Notes: generated from the letters alone by a model not told the origin. DNA of 63,981 nucleotides, filler included, from Licmophora abbreviata (GCA_900291995.1; 9 parts of 9 records of this genome joined end to end with filler, not necessarily neighbours in it); one strand, 5' to 3'; counted from the whole stretch's first letter, positions 44,945 through 57,907 are shown. Made by a program: numbers and translations.

Positions 44945-46459
44945 ATGAATCGGCCTTATTCGACTGGTTCCTCGTCGCCTTCTTCTGGCTCACTTCAGAG
45001 ACCCAGTTTGATTGCGGGACTTTCATCGCAGATGGCGGCAGCGACTACTTCCAAGATGCTACTTCCCTGGTCCGTCTCGGACGCTGCGCTCCGTCCCGTA
45101 CCCCCTCTATACCCACCTTTGAATCCTGGAAATACCGCGTTTGCCAGCGATGCTGCTCCTTCAGTTGTCGCCGCTCGCATCTCGGAATGCCTCCGAAAAC
45201 GAAGCATCTCGACTGAATACGACGACGAAGCGGTAAGCCACGCTGGTTCACGCCAAAGCACCAAATGTCGGTGTCGCTCACATGTTACATTCCCGTGTTT
45301 GTTTTCGGCTCCGCAGCACACAGCGGCGTGTATGACTGTTGATCGCGTTCACTTTACGATTCACTTGTTTCGTGGCAGCCGCGGTACTAGTACTGCTAGC
45401 GTCCCCTCGGATGCCGAGGAGATGCTTCGCTCAAAACCGGATTTTTCTCACGGTGTCATTGTTGAAGTGATGCGGACCCGAGGCGACACGGTATCCTTTC
45501 ACTCTCATTGTCGAGCAATCTTGGCTGCAGCTTTGGGACTTGCCGATGGTCAGGATACGAGAGTACCCATTCAGACGTCTCCCTACGAGTTCAAGCGGTT
45601 TCAGTCTGCGGAAGACGACCCAAACCCGAAAAAGAAAGCGCGACTGACTTCGACTGGATCAGGTTCTTCCACGACTACACCACTTCAGTCGCTGGAGAAC
45701 TGTATGGCACTGCTGAGAAAGGATCGGATTTGTGCGCAACAGCTGGGAATGCAGAGTCTCGTGGCGTTGACGGATCATTTGACATCTGGGCTCGAAGGCG
45801 CCATGTTTGCCAGTCTCGCTGTTCTCGGATCTCCTGCAGGCGAAGGTCTTGACGATGTGGCCAAGTGGATAACAAGCTTGGTACAAAACCGTGTCACTCC
45901 CGGCGAAGAAGACGACGTGGTCCCGCCGCCGGTCGACTCAACTCAAGTCGCATTTGCCGACACGACCTTGGACGAGGCCATGGACACCACAACCGGCCAA
46001 GAATCCTCCGTTCCAGGCTCCGCTGCCGTTCTTGTAGACGACCCTTATCATGGTGGCGTGCTACGGTCGCTGGCCCTTCGCGCCCTCAGTAATGCTGTCC
46101 TTCTTGTCGCACAGCATCATCCGCAGCTCTTTCGATCGATCCTGTCGGCAGGGTCCGGCCACTTGGTCTCGGATGAGATGCTGTCGACACTCGTAGATGA
46201 CTTGGCTGGTGCCACGCGCCCACCAGGAGTAGTCGCGGGAACACGATTGGCGTCGGCTCACGAAGCGACTCTAGCCACAATCTGCATCCGTGTTCTAGCT
46301 CAACACTCGGAAGTGGCCATGACGTATCTCGACAACACGAAGGGCGTCTTGGACGCGCTTGAAAGAGCACGTTCCGCAGGCAAGGCGTCTCACGACTTTT
46401 TGGCAAGAGAGTCGGAAAAGTGTTACCTTCTTCTGAGTCAAGATATTCGAACTTGTTAA
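44945..46459 (+). CDS. Hypothetical protein (possible KA1-like N-part and helical-repeat C-part); probable in-frame intron 45233-45316
   Basis: 504-codon ORF with coding-like composition; GTAAG...CCGCAG intron signals. Confidence 0.65.
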   Translation: MNRPYSTGSSSPSSGSLQRPSLIAGLSSQMAAATTSKMLLPWSVSDAALRPVPPLYPPLNPGNTAFASDAAPSVVAARISECLRKRSISTEYDDEAVSHAGSRQSTKCRCRSHVTFPCLFSAPQHTAACMTVDRVHFTIHLFRGSRGTSTASVPSDAEEMLRSKPDFSHGVIVEVMRTRGDTVSFHSHCRAILAAALGLADGQDTRVPIQTSPYEFKRFQSAEDDPNPKKKARLTSTGSGSSTTTPLQSLENCMALLRKDRICAQQLGMQSLVALTDHLTSGLEGAMFASLAVLGSPAGEGLDDVAKWITSLVQNRVTPGEEDDVVPPPVDSTQVAFADTTLDEAMDTTTGQESSVPGSAAVLVDDPYHGGVLRSLALRALSNAVLLVAQHHPQLFRSILSAGSGHLVSDEMLSTLVDDLAGATRPPGVVAGTRLASAHEATLATICIRVLAQHSEVAMTYLDNTKGVLDALERARSAGKASHDFLARESEKCYLLLSQDIRTC

Positions 46460-46583
46460 GCACCAAGCTATCCTACATTAGAGACCTCGTGGACTTTTAT
46501 AAAACGTGAGATTACGTTGCAATGAATAGCTCATTCTGACATTTTGACCTAGATTCGGTCTTCTATCTGTTAGTCTCTTGTAG

Positions 46584-47455
46584 TCATGCCCTGTCCTCGG
46601 TTTCGGCTCCCTGGGCTTTCAACATGGTCACTGCCCATTTCCGTAGCACTTCCTTTTGATAGTTTACATCCCGCTCACGATCGGATGGTGCCTTTTCCTT
46701 GACAGCCAGTACTCCTTTGACTCTCTGACTACGTTTCTCCATTTTCCGAAAGTGCGCCTGTATCTTGAAATGCTTTTGCTTAGTACGAGCCTTTCGCACT
46801 CGAAACCACCGAAGGTACTCCCGCTTCATGTGGCGTGTCTTCTTTGAGCCCCCCTTCACAGGTCGGTTCGCGTAGGCCTCAGCCAAGAGCCGTTCCGTTT
46901 CTTCGTCCGAGTATCGCATTGCCGGAAACTCGCCTCCTCCGCCCGTCTCGTTGGCTCGTGCTTCTCGCTCTTGAATTACGGCCAGCTCCCGATCGCGGCG
47001 CTTGCGAGCAAGTTTGCCTCCTCGCTTCTTACTCACGGAAACGGCGCTGACTGTCTGTCCCGTTTCAAAGCCATCCACAGCAATGGACTGCTGGAATTTG
47101 ACCCACTCGTTGTGAGAAGAGCTCACCAAGCTTTCCTCAGAGGGTGCTTTCTAAAGACAAAAGGGAATGGAAGTAACAGTCGAAGAACGTGAGCTCGGAC
47201 TGCGCGATGCTCCTGGAATAAAGATAATCGATCATTTTTCATATTCCAACAGATTTGCAGTATTCGTACCTCTTGCCCTCCTTTGCTGCTACTCTTCTGC
47301 CGCTGCTTTAGATTCTTCTTTTTCTTGTTCGTTTTGAAGCGAAACTGTTGTGCCTGAGGAAAGGCTGAAGCCGCACCCTTCCATGTCGGTAATGAAGCGG
47401 ACGGGGTCAGCCGGACTCGCGCCATTCGCAGAGAGAGAGCTGCCAACGACGCCAT
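46584..47455 (-). CDS. Basic hypothetical protein with mitochondrial-type presequence; intron 47151-47269
   Basis: MASLAALSLRMARVRL leader; GT-AG intron joins GGQE|KAPSEE into ORF 46584-47129. Confidence 0.7.
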
Positions 47456-47799
47456 GGTGGTGATGGAGGAGACGGTGAGTTTTGATAGAGAATATGAGAG
47501 GAGCGACAGACGCACGCATTCCAAGGCCTCGTACAATTCTACGTGATTTGAAATGGGGGTGCTAAAACCAACTCAGGGAGGTTGGATTCACTCATTGCTT
47601 TCCTTGTCAACCTGAAACATCAAACGGAAACTAGTGAGAACAATGGAACATGTTGGCGGCAGCCGAGTTGAACCCTTGCTACTCCCAAATTAAAGTGTCC
47701 TCCCCCGTCGAAGCTTGAGATACTCGTAAGCGTCTTGCGTCCGTCCGTCGACCAGATATGCGTCTTGCATACGCCCGTCGATGCGCGTCGCTTCGAGTT

Positions 47800-49470
47800 C
47801 GACTATGTATGGCCTTGCTTCACACGGTTGACCTTCCTCCATCGCTTCACCGGCCCTCATCATGGAGTGCGGCTAAACCTCTCCAACACCAGTTTCTTTC
47901 CAGTGTAAATGGTTCTTCTCTCTCTTTGCACACGCTTTGTCCTCCGGCCATTGCTAATCATGCACTAAGGCAGGAAACTTCTCTTCTCTCGCCTGGGGCC
48001 GAACTCACAGACGGCATTCACCTCTTAGGTCTTCCGGTTGGCAGCCGCGCTTTTGCTAAAAAAATCTTCAAACAAAAACTGAGGCACTGCTACACTACGT
48101 CAATGCGCTCCTATGCACTTTACCTGACCTACAAACTCAGTCTACTGTTTATCGGCTATGTCTTCAAACAACGATATCTCACTTGTTGGCTACGGATGTC
48201 TATCATAATGCCGATGCTGTTTCTCCTACGGCCAGCTTGTCTCTTTTTGCGTGGAAGTCTTCCTTTGTTACACGCGCTGATGCAATATTGCATTCATTCC
48301 TTGCTCGGATTGCACATCGCTGTCAGATGGGTGATCACCTTTTTTCAATGTCGCCACTCCAGTAAGTCTCCCCTTCGTCACAGCCTCCGCGACACTCTCA
48401 CTCTTCTCTGTTGCAAGCTCTGCCCACTGGCAGGCTGTGCCTCTTCTCATTACTGTGTTGTCTCCGAACTGACACATCTTATTCCGAACTCCACTCTCGA
48501 CCCGCCNNNNNNNNNNNNNNNNNNNNNNNNNNNNNNNNNNNNNNNNNNNNTTAATTAATTAANNNNNNNNNNNNNNNNNNNNNNNNNNNNNNNNNNNNNN
48601 NNNNNNCACTCTCACTCTTCTCTGTTGTAAGCTCTGCCCACTGGCAGGCTATGCCTCTTCTCATTACTGTGTTGTCTCCAAACTGACACATCTTATTCCG
48701 AACTCCAACTCTCGACCCGCCAACGTTGGTGTCACACTTTCTCCCACTTTTCTCCCAGCTGCCTCCCTTATGCCCTCCTGGTATGTCGCTATCAACCTTA
48801 CCATTCCACCACTGCCCCTGCACCCAAAGCTGTTTCCGCTAGATCCAGGCATGAGCAAGAGGTGAAACAGAAGTTTTAGGGTCGTTCGCGAACGACCCTA
48901 GCTAGCTAGAAGTCATCTAGACATTGCGGCACTCATCAACAGCCGCATCCGGCTCCTCACTTTCACTGTTGGTCATCTCGGCGACCTCGGCCACTTTGCA
49001 CATTCTTTCTTATTTGGCCAACATGATTCTTCTTTCCCATGTCCACCTGCTCCAAGTTGGACAGCACCTTCTTTCACCACGTCCATGGCGGCAGATGCCT
49101 ACAAACTCACTTCTGGCTCTCTGGCGGTTCGCGGTCTCCTTCCCGCAGCTGACCAGCATTGGACACACCAGACCGACCGCTCTCAATTCTATGGCATGTC
49201 CTACCATGATGCGCTTCCCAGTCACTGGGCGCATCACACTTTGGCTCTCAATCTTGTCCATGGTCTCAGCCATCACATCCATCGCAATTTCGATCACATC
49301 CTTTCTGCCTGTATGTCCCCTTCTTCCCGTCGCGCTTCTCCGTCTGTGGCCATTGCTCCTCCTTTCTGTGCTCCTTCAGCCCGCCCCTGTGTGGTTGATC
49401 CGCGTCGTGTGATTCCTGGGGATGACTGGATCCATGCTGAGTGTTCCCCGGCGGTCGTCGGTCGTAGGTT
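47800..49470 (+). mobile_element. Decayed non-LTR retrotransposon fragment (CRE-like, restriction-like endonuclease class)
   Basis: Post-RT motif DGIHLLGLPVGS; Zn-knuckle-like GDHLF/QC...RH..LRD; endonuclease-like RPA(N)V...AI(N)LT and FTVGHLGDLG; stops, frameshifts and pyrimidine-rich composition; boundaries approximate. Confidence 0.7.
48877..48900. repeat. Perfect 24-bp palindrome TAGGGTCGTTCGCGAACGACCCTA
   Basis: Exact self reverse-complement. Confidence 0.95.
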
Positions 49471-49664
49471 CCCTCCATTCCTTAGCTAGCTCATAACCAC
49501 TACGAGTACTTAACTCAACAAGATGTGACGAGATGACCGCAAGACACGAGGCGACTCGACTCGACTCAGCCATGGCTGGCACCGCCCTACTTTGATGGAC
49601 GACTCTACTCTTCTTTCGTTTCCCATTACATCTTTCATACTCCTGTGCTCTATCAGAGAGAAAA

Positions 49665-50533
49665 ATGATCCAGAGAAGACGGGGCATTCTCTTCATAGCT
49701 AGCTGCTGGCTCGTGTTCGTATGCGAATCTTCGGCGAGCTCGCAGGCTGGCGCCCGTGGGACTCGCTCTGGGTATTCCCCTCTGCGGCGGCATCGTCGTT
49801 TGGAAACGCAAAAGGTGCAGGTGGAGACTTCCGAGACTCCTGTGCGGGTGGAGAGCAAGTCCACTCCAGCTGGTGGGGAGCTCGTGTCGACTGTAGACGA
49901 GGAAGGAAAGGGAAAAGTCAAGTCGACAGAGGAAAGCAAGAAGACGACATCCGACAAGAAGGCTGCGGCCGAGGGCACTGTGGCGACACAGGAAACGAAG
50001 AAGCACGAAGCGAAAGAGAAGACGAAAGAGCGGGAAAATGAACCGAAAGACTCTGTCGACAGTGCCACCGAGGCACCGGTGAAGGACGAAGATGGTAAGG
50101 CGATAGAAGTAGTGGAAGTGGAAGCAAGAGCAACGGCCAAGCCGGACGATGCATCTTCCTCGAAGCAAACGGAAACTATAGACACGTCCACAGAAGCCCC
50201 GGCCGATCCGGAGAGCAAAAAAACTGATCAAACGACCGAGGCGCCTGCTGCTACTGACGCGCCCAATGAGGATTCAGAGACGCCGGCCCCGACGGATGAT
50301 ACCGACCCATGTGCCACAGCCGCTACGTGTGCGGCCTGTGTTTCGACTGCTCTACCGGTATCCACTGCTTTAACGAACGACTCGACGTGTATATGGAAGC
50401 ATGATACATGCAAGATGATAAAGGTTGATTCTTCTTCCGCCACACTGACGCCTGCCGAAATGTGCGGCGAAGCACCAAAGAAGAGCAGCACTGGAGGCAA
50501 GGAGGACGAGATCTATGAAGACTACGATGAAAG
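49665..50533 (+). CDS. Secreted Lys/Glu/Thr-rich protein with RRL motif and small Cys (PSI-like) domain; runs into gap
   Basis: Signal peptide, RRHRRLE, TEAP repeats and C...C..C......C.W....C motif. Confidence 0.72.
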
Positions 50534-50754
50534 NNNNNNNNNNNNNNNNNNNNNNNNNNNNNNNNNNNNNNNNNNNNTTAATTAATTAANNNNNNNNNNN
50601 NNNNNNNNNNNNNNNNNNNNNNNNNNNNNNNNNACCCCCACATTCTTTTTACGACTTCGCAGCGGGAGTAGAGAATAACTCAATGGCCTGGTAGTCTACC
50701 ATGTTTCCAGATTGAATTTCTGCCCAATGTACATTCGAAATGGTCTCCATGGTT

Positions 50755-52451
50755 TCACAACCTCTCGTGGTTCGTCGTATCTTCACCGTGCGCTTCGTCC
50801 GAGCCACGGGTCGTTGCACTTTCCGTCCCACAAGCAGCAGCCGCAGCAATCTCTTGTCGTTGCTGTGCTTCTAGCCGCCGACGCATTTCTCGTCGTTGTC
50901 GAAGCCAGCAGATGAAATCTGTCAGCCCATCCCCATAAACCATATGGGTCACCCAACCGCTAATGGCGCCGTAATGTGTCTTTCTGAGCCCAACAATCAC
51001 CATGGCAGTGACCGTCGCAATCACAGTGCCCTTTCGTAACGCATTCGCGGCACTAGTGTCTTGCTGACAATTCTTTACCAGCAACATGAATCCGGTCGTC
51101 GCCAACTCCTGACCTGCAATGGCGAGCATAACCCCGAGAATTGCGTTTGGTACTGCATCCAACAATGTCAGCGCCGAAGCGCCGAAGAAAATGGCCAAAA
51201 GAACTTTGTTGCTTCCTAGAAACACGACAGAGGCCCCATGACGCGCTCCCAGTCGATGCTGACCTGCTAATCCTCCAGCCCCATGACAGTTGGGCATGCC
51301 TCCAAAAGGGCAGAGCAACAAGTTCATAAGTCCGACACTGACACACACTTCCTTTCGAGATATGACGGCGTCTGTCGCTGACCTCCCTTTGCGTTTTTCT
51401 GGGTACAGAGCATGAGCCAAGCAACATACAGATATGACACTATTGAGTGTCGTAAGGGGCAGCTGTGGGATGGCCCCTTCAAGCAATCCGACCTTCCACT
51501 CTTCCCAAGAGATGGAGTCTAATGTCCATACCGCAATGGGCGCTCCAAACAGCTGCAATGGCAGATCGTACTGTCCATCCGCGTTGTCGGTTGTCGCAAG
51601 TTCAATGGTGGCAAACAAACACCCCAGCAAGAATAAGTAGAGACCAACCGGGGGCTGTGATCGATTCGTTCGAAGGCACATTAGCTTCTCCCAGAGTGAT
51701 GATGCCGGAGGTTCGGCGCGTGCATTCTCTTGTGGTGAGCTTTCCCTTAACCAGTACATGCAAAGAAGAGAAACGAGCACGGCCAGCAGGATACAGTCAG
51801 CCTGGTCTACCCAGCCTAGGTCAGCAACCATGAGCAATCCGGTCGAAGCCAAACGAAGCCCGACACCAATTTGGAGTCCACTGACAACGGGCGCTGGTAC
51901 CAAGATGTTGACCCACTCGATCAGCTGAGTAATTCCCAATGCCACACAGAACAGACCCATCCACATGCCAGCAGCTGTCACTTCAGGCTGCGATAGAGAG
52001 TCCGACAGGGCAACTGCAGCGATAGATTTCATCGGCTGTACGCATATGGGCACGTCCCAGAGGTATCCCGTGATAATGTTAGCCAGACCGGCAAAGAACA
52101 AGGCTGGTGCGAGTAATATAGAGCGTGACCGTGCGAGTGCCACCGTCAAAGGAATCAGTGTACCTAAATCCCCGAGACTGCCCGATATTTCGCTCAGTGT
52201 CAGCTGCGACCAGAGGGTACTGGTTCTCCCTACAAATGTGCACACTGGGGTTCGGGTGAATCGCCAACAGTCATCGGGCGTTTCATCTTCGTTGTCATGG
52301 TTCACATCATCAGGATGCTCGTCCGGAGGAGTGCCCGTTGCCGCGTTTTCTGTACTGAAAAAAGAGAGGTCAACGGAGAAATAGGCTCTTCTTGGTCGAT
52401 AGTTTGCGTTCCATCACGATCAGGATAGATCGTCTCGTCGACTCGCGCCAT
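50755..52451 (-). CDS. Molybdate transporter (MOT1/MOT2 family)
   Basis: EISGSLGDLGTLIPL, VQPMKSIAAVA, QLPLTTLNS and GGMPNCHGAGGLAGQHRLGAR motifs; ATG at 52451 joins in frame only if one T of the T6 run (52359-52364) is removed. Confidence 0.9.
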
Positions 52452-52801
52452 TTTAGACTCGGGAAATAAGAGATCATGAGATCATGGTTGCCGCGACGAA
52501 GAAGATTTCAGATTTTGTTTCGTCCTCACAAGAGAAACTGCCGGAAGCTAGATTTCTCGACGGAGAAACCCGGATGTTGTAAACTATAGCTCGAAAGGTC
52601 TTGCTCGAGCTCTTTTTCTCTGCCTTCGGCGCTCGCTTTGGAGATGTAGCTGGTCTGGCTGCATCCTCCTACCGGTTGCTAGTTGTTGTTGTGAACGTAT
52701 CTCTGCCCCTGGTACGACAAGACAAGAGGTCCGCAACTACATTCTCTACTCTTTTAGAGAAAGATCTCTCTTGAGAGATCACTACTATTTGCTAGCTGCA
52801 T

Positions 52802-54855
52802 TCACTTCGAGCCGCTGGCCGAGGCAGTCATGGATTCGTTCTGAAGTGCGCTTTCCAACTTGATGACGTGAAGCGTCTTGTTCACGGCGACTCGGTCCTC
52901 TGCACTCTGTTTCCAGTCTTTGACCGTATACGCCGCTTGTCCTTTTAGCTTGTCTAGCTGTTCCACCGCGCGCTCCAGTTCGCCGAGCTGCACGTGGCGG
53001 CGGGCTCGGGCCAACACGTACTCCGCGTCATCCTGGGAGTCCTCAGGGGCAGGGTCGTCCGGATTTGGAGCATATTTGAGTGTCGAAAACACCATGCCAA
53101 TGAGCTGTCCTTCCAGGCCCTTGCGACCTTTGGGAACCATGACAGCTTGTCTGCACTTCTTGTGCACCACTTCAAAGTTGGTCTGTAGTTCGGACAAGGT
53201 CGGAATTCCTGACGTGATAGATGCTGGCACTGCAGCAAGAGCTGCTTGTATCACTACATTGTCTTTTCCAGCCGCCTATCAGGTAGTGCGACAAAAGAAG
53301 AGAAGAAGTTAGTGTATGTAAGATATGTATTGCACATTACCCGATCTCTGTTGAATGGATCGGACGTACCCTCAGTGCGCCTAATTCTTCGGCGGCGCCT
53401 TGGCTGCCTTCCAATTTTTCCGCCAAAGCCAAGGAAGCCGCACTAAGACGATGTGCCTGTACCGATCCAGTTTCAAATGCACGGCTATCCTTCAGAGCGG
53501 CTTCCAGCTTGGCCAATTTCGACGACAGTCCTTCCACAAGCCCAACCTTTCCCTCCAACTCATCCGCAAATTTGGTCTTTTCTTCCGCGAGCTTTTGCGC
53601 GTATTCTGTCTCATATTTCGTTCGAGATTCCGCATCAAATCGTTCCCTCGCGCTCGTCAAGTCAGCCTCGTGTTCCGCTTGCTGCGCGGCCGCCGCCGCC
53701 TCGACGACTTCCTTGATTGCGTCTTCCTTTTGCTGCAGTGCAGCCTTAGCCTGTCGACTCAGAATATCCTCCTGTTCTCTCAGGCGACGAGACACTTGAG
53801 CTTCAAAGTCCAAGCGCTGCTTTTGCATTAGGTCCATGTATCTAGGAGCGAGTAGTAGGAGAGCACGAAAAGAAGGAGACACGAGATATAGGAAAGCACG
53901 AACAGAGGGAGTCAACAGTCGAGCAATGGTATTGACAAAACATAATGAAGTTCGTTCCATGCGGAGTGACTCACTTGTCGGCTGTTTCCTTTTCCTTCAT
54001 CGCCAGAAATTCCTTAAGACGTACAGCCTCCCACTTTGTACGTTCCTTCATTTCCGACGCAAGTTGCACGACACGGACACGTAGTGCCGATTCCGACAAC
54101 GTGTCGAGATCGGCAAACAGGGAGTCATCCAAGTTAGCTCGAAGAGCCGAGTGAGCTTCTTGGACTGACTCTATAGCTTCGTCTTGGACCGATTTGCCAA
54201 GTTCCTTGGCCGCTTCCGTGGCCGATACGGCCGAAGGAGCCTGCATGAGAACGCGATTACCGTTGGCTGGATGCTGGAGTGGGGGCGTCGTGCTCGAACG
54301 AGGACGCGATCCAGAAGGGACATCGATTTTGACGACACGATTGCCAGGAGGAGCCGGTGCAGCTTTCGGGGATTCTTTCGTATCGTTCTTGGAAGGGACT
54401 TTCTTGGCTTCCTTCTTTGGGGGTTCCTTCTTTGGGGGCTCCTCCTTTGCGGGCTCCTTCTTTGGGGGCTCCTTGGTAATAGCAACAGGCTTCTCCACCG
54501 GCGCCGTTTCCGGAGAGGAAGACTGGTCCAGCGTTGAGTAATAGTAAATGGCTCCACCAATTCCGACAGCAGCAACGCCTGCCAGTGGAAGAAGCGAAGA
54601 TGAGCCCCCACCTGCAGCTGGCGGCGGTGCTTGCGGCGGTGGCGGCGCCTTGGATCCAGCAATGGGAGGCTTCGTACCGCTGGCCGGCGGATCTGGTTTG
54701 CTGCTGCCACCGCTTGTCCCCTCAAGCTTTGACTTCTTGAGCGCCCTCTTTTGACTCGCTGTCGCTGCCATAGTTCGAGAATACTCTGCGGGAGGGCGCC
54801 GCAATGCCGTCAAGTGCAGCCGAGCGGTGTGTCGTAACATCATGGTCCACAGCAT
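52802..54855 (-). CDS. MIC60: Mitofilin/MIC60 (MICOS subunit); introns 53842-53974 and 53276-53369
   Basis: Presequence, single TM, long coiled coil, GIPTLSEL..F and mitofilin domain VLARA...GELERAV...DW...A.DR. Confidence 0.85.
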
Positions 54856-55205
54856 ATTTTGATCGTCGTCCGTCGTCGGCCTCTGTCGGCTTTCGGAGGA
54901 TTTTTTTAGCAAAGATAAAAGCACCCGGAGAATGATCAGCTCGCCTTTGGATTGATTGGATTCATTCGACTTGTATCGACTCGCTCGACTAGCGCCAAGG
55001 TGCGCGCGCGGCGAGGCACGTTCTCGCGTTCTCGTTTTCCGCCCGATCACGACTGCGTCAATCGAAGACGTGACACCTTTCTGTCCGTTCTCATCTTGCG
55101 CTCCATCAGTCTCATTCAGATCAATCCCATTGACACAACAACATAAATTACCTTCCCTATTACTAAACCATGTTTTCCCGCTTTGCATTGGCAGGGGCTC
55201 GTTCT

Positions 55206-55421
55206 ATGACAGCCAAGAAGCTTGGCGCTATGTTTGTTACGACCATGGCGCCCGTCGTGCATACGCATAAGTACACAGCCTTGTTTGGTATCGCTGGTAT
55301 CACGTTCGCTATTCTTGCGTTGGAACCCTCAGAAGAATTCGATGACCTAGACTGCCTCAATCATATCTACACTGACATGCCCGATTGCAGCAACCTTCAC
55401 CGGCAGAAAGAGTCCACGTAA
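55206..55421 (+). CDS. Possible small single-TM protein (71 aa)
   Basis: ATG ORF with a hydrophobic segment followed by an acidic tail, in an otherwise empty interval. Confidence 0.3.
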   Translation: MTAKKLGAMFVTTMAPVVHTHKYTALFGIAGITFAILALEPSEEFDDLDCLNHIYTDMPDCSNLHRQKEST

Positions 55422-55753
55422 CAGACGGTGAGTTCTAGTTTAAGTGCGCATTGCCCAGCAAAAGACCACATTCTCATTTTTGAACGCCCTTGAATTGCCT
55501 CTNNNNNNNNNNNNNNNNNNNNNNNNNNNNNNNNNNNNNNNNNNNNTTAATTAATTAANNNNNNNNNNNNNNNNNNNNNNNNNNNNNNNNNNNNNNNNNN
55601 NNCAAAATTTGAAATTTGAAACTCAGTAAATGGCGAGATCAGATTCGGCGTCGTCAGATCGACCACCATTCTTTGGCGACAGGCGGCTGTTGCCTTTATG
55701 CATGTGCAGTTTCTTGAGACCTCACTGTTCGCCATCGCCAATGATCTAGATAT

Positions 55754-57633
55754 ATGACTTGTGGAGTCTCTTGGGGTAGAAGCGGCTTCTGCTCTATCGT
55801 CTTCTGGTGGCTCACATCAGTGCTCCTGTTCAGCATGCGAGGCCGAATTCGTCAGCGGGGTGTCGTCGCCGCGGCCTTTGGAGGATCGTGGCAAGGCCCC
55901 GGCATAAGACGAAATAATGCAGAATACTCTAACAGGAAATCTTATGGGGCGGGGTGGAAGGGGAGAAGCACCTCAATGCGTCAATGGTGCTCGTCTTTGC
56001 CGAGACACTGCCAGCCTGCTGATGGTGCTGATGACCGTGACGAGGAAAAATCACTGGCTCTCCAGGAACAATTTCTTGGTTCCATTGAGCATTCTTTGAC
56101 ACGCGGCATTCTTCCACAACTTGCAGCGACTACGGAAACAATCGACAATCTGGTCCTGCTGCTGGGGGTCAGCGGGGGGTGCGATTCGGTTGCCTTACTC
56201 CATGCTTTGAAACAGATACTCTATGCTAACAACGGTGTCATGCACATTTCGGGTCCACACGGAGGGAAATTCCTACCATGTCAGCTTTCTGCGGTCCACT
56301 TTGATCACAAGCAGCGTGGTGCTGAGAGTGATAGCGACTGTAGGTTTGTGCAGAAGCTGTGTGGCGACTTGCGGGTGCCCTGCCAGGTCTATGAATGGCA
56401 GAATGGCGCACCGTTTTCGCAAGACCGGGCACGCCGCTGGCGTCAAGAAAGTATGCAGTGTCTGCTGGAGTCAATGCTGCAATCTTCGTCAACATTCAAC
56501 ACTGCTGGTCTTATTCTGACAGCCCATCACAAGGATGACTCGACGGAGACGCTCTTGATGAAGCTTTTGCGGGGGGCGCACATTACCAACCTGGCTGGAA
56601 TGGAGGCACTATCTAATCGCGATGATCACGCGTTTGGCTATGCCCGTCCTATGCTGGACCTACGGAAAAAGGACATCGTTCAATTCTTAAGAGTCCAGCA
56701 TCTGCCGTGGCGTGAGGATGCTAGCAATTTGTCAGACAAGTACTTGCGGAATCGCGTTCGAAACGAGCTGGTTCCTCTGTTGGGTGACTTGGTGGGAGGA
56801 GAAGAGGTTATGCAGGTAGGAGTCAGTCGTGTGGACAACAGGGGGGTCACTTGTAGTGTGTTGAGTGAGTCTCATTCATTTATGCTTGTCATTTATATAA
56901 GAAACGGCTGGACCATCTTTCCGAGCAGAGTATGGAGGTGCGGAAGGATCTGGAGTCCAGAGCCAGCGATTATCTTGCAAAGCAACGAGACAAGAGTGAC
57001 GAGCGTGTGTTTGAGCTTCCGTTTGCGGACGATCTGAGTCTACTGAAGAAAGAGGCATTGTATCATTGGGCAGAGAACCAAGGCTGCGCCATGTCATATG
57101 ACCAGATCCAGCGAGTATCCACCCAGCTCGCTGACCATCCTGGGCATCGTCAATGGACGTTGAACGTAGGCGGCGGGTGGAATATTTTCCGAAATGGTTC
57201 AGTTCTGTCGTTGACGTCAGAGTCGGGTTCAGACCTGCAAGAAGAAGTGAATCATGAAGAACAGACCGTAGAGTGGGTCTCCACGTGGGACGGGAACGAA
57301 ACTGAGCAAAAAGGTCGGTTGCGGATAAGGCTTCCTGAATTCCCACTGAACCATGAGAACATCACTTTTTTCACCTCGAACGCCGGAAGTCGGCGGCACC
57401 TCACGTTCGTTCCTCCATGGCGAGAACGTCCTGTCAAGATTCGAGAATTTCTTCGGGGTCAAAAGATACCGCTACACTTGCGCAATGCCACCATTGTTCT
57501 ATGTTTGCGAACGGCTGGCATCGCCGAGGAGAAAGCCGTTGCTGTGCTCGTGGATGGTGAATGGATTGTGGCTTCCGAATTCACCATCGATAATCATGAG
57601 ACCGGATCTATTGTACTTTTGAAGATTTCTTAG
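55754..57633 (+). CDS. tilS: tRNA(Ile)-lysidine synthase, organelle-targeted; intron 56816-56901
   Basis: GVSGGCDSVALL, HFDHKQR, TAHHKDDSTET, RPML and EDASN...YLRNRVR motifs; N-terminal extension. Confidence 0.9.
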
Positions 57634-57907
57634 AGTATTTGTTACTTTTACTTTGGTTGCGCTTCGTTCACTCATTGTGTATCCGCCAATCCAACGGAGG
57701 GCGTTTTTGGCGGAAAAGGGGGTTCAAATCCCATAAGCTCATGTCCCGATCGGCGCTGTCCACCGATTTTGCTGATGGCGCAGTGTGCGCCCAGCGCCGA
57801 TGTGATGGACGCGATTGCGACGATGATCGATGACATTCCCGGTCCATCGCAAGTCTGTCGGCCGCAGTGGATCAACAAGGGCAATCGGATCTGTCGCGTT
57901 TCATGGT

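Noticed and set aside
57683..57735. GGTTCAAATCC B-box/T-loop-like sequence after a TCCGCCAA/TTGGCGGA hairpin
   Set aside because: Cannot build a cloverleaf (no acceptor, D or anticodon stems); not called as tRNA
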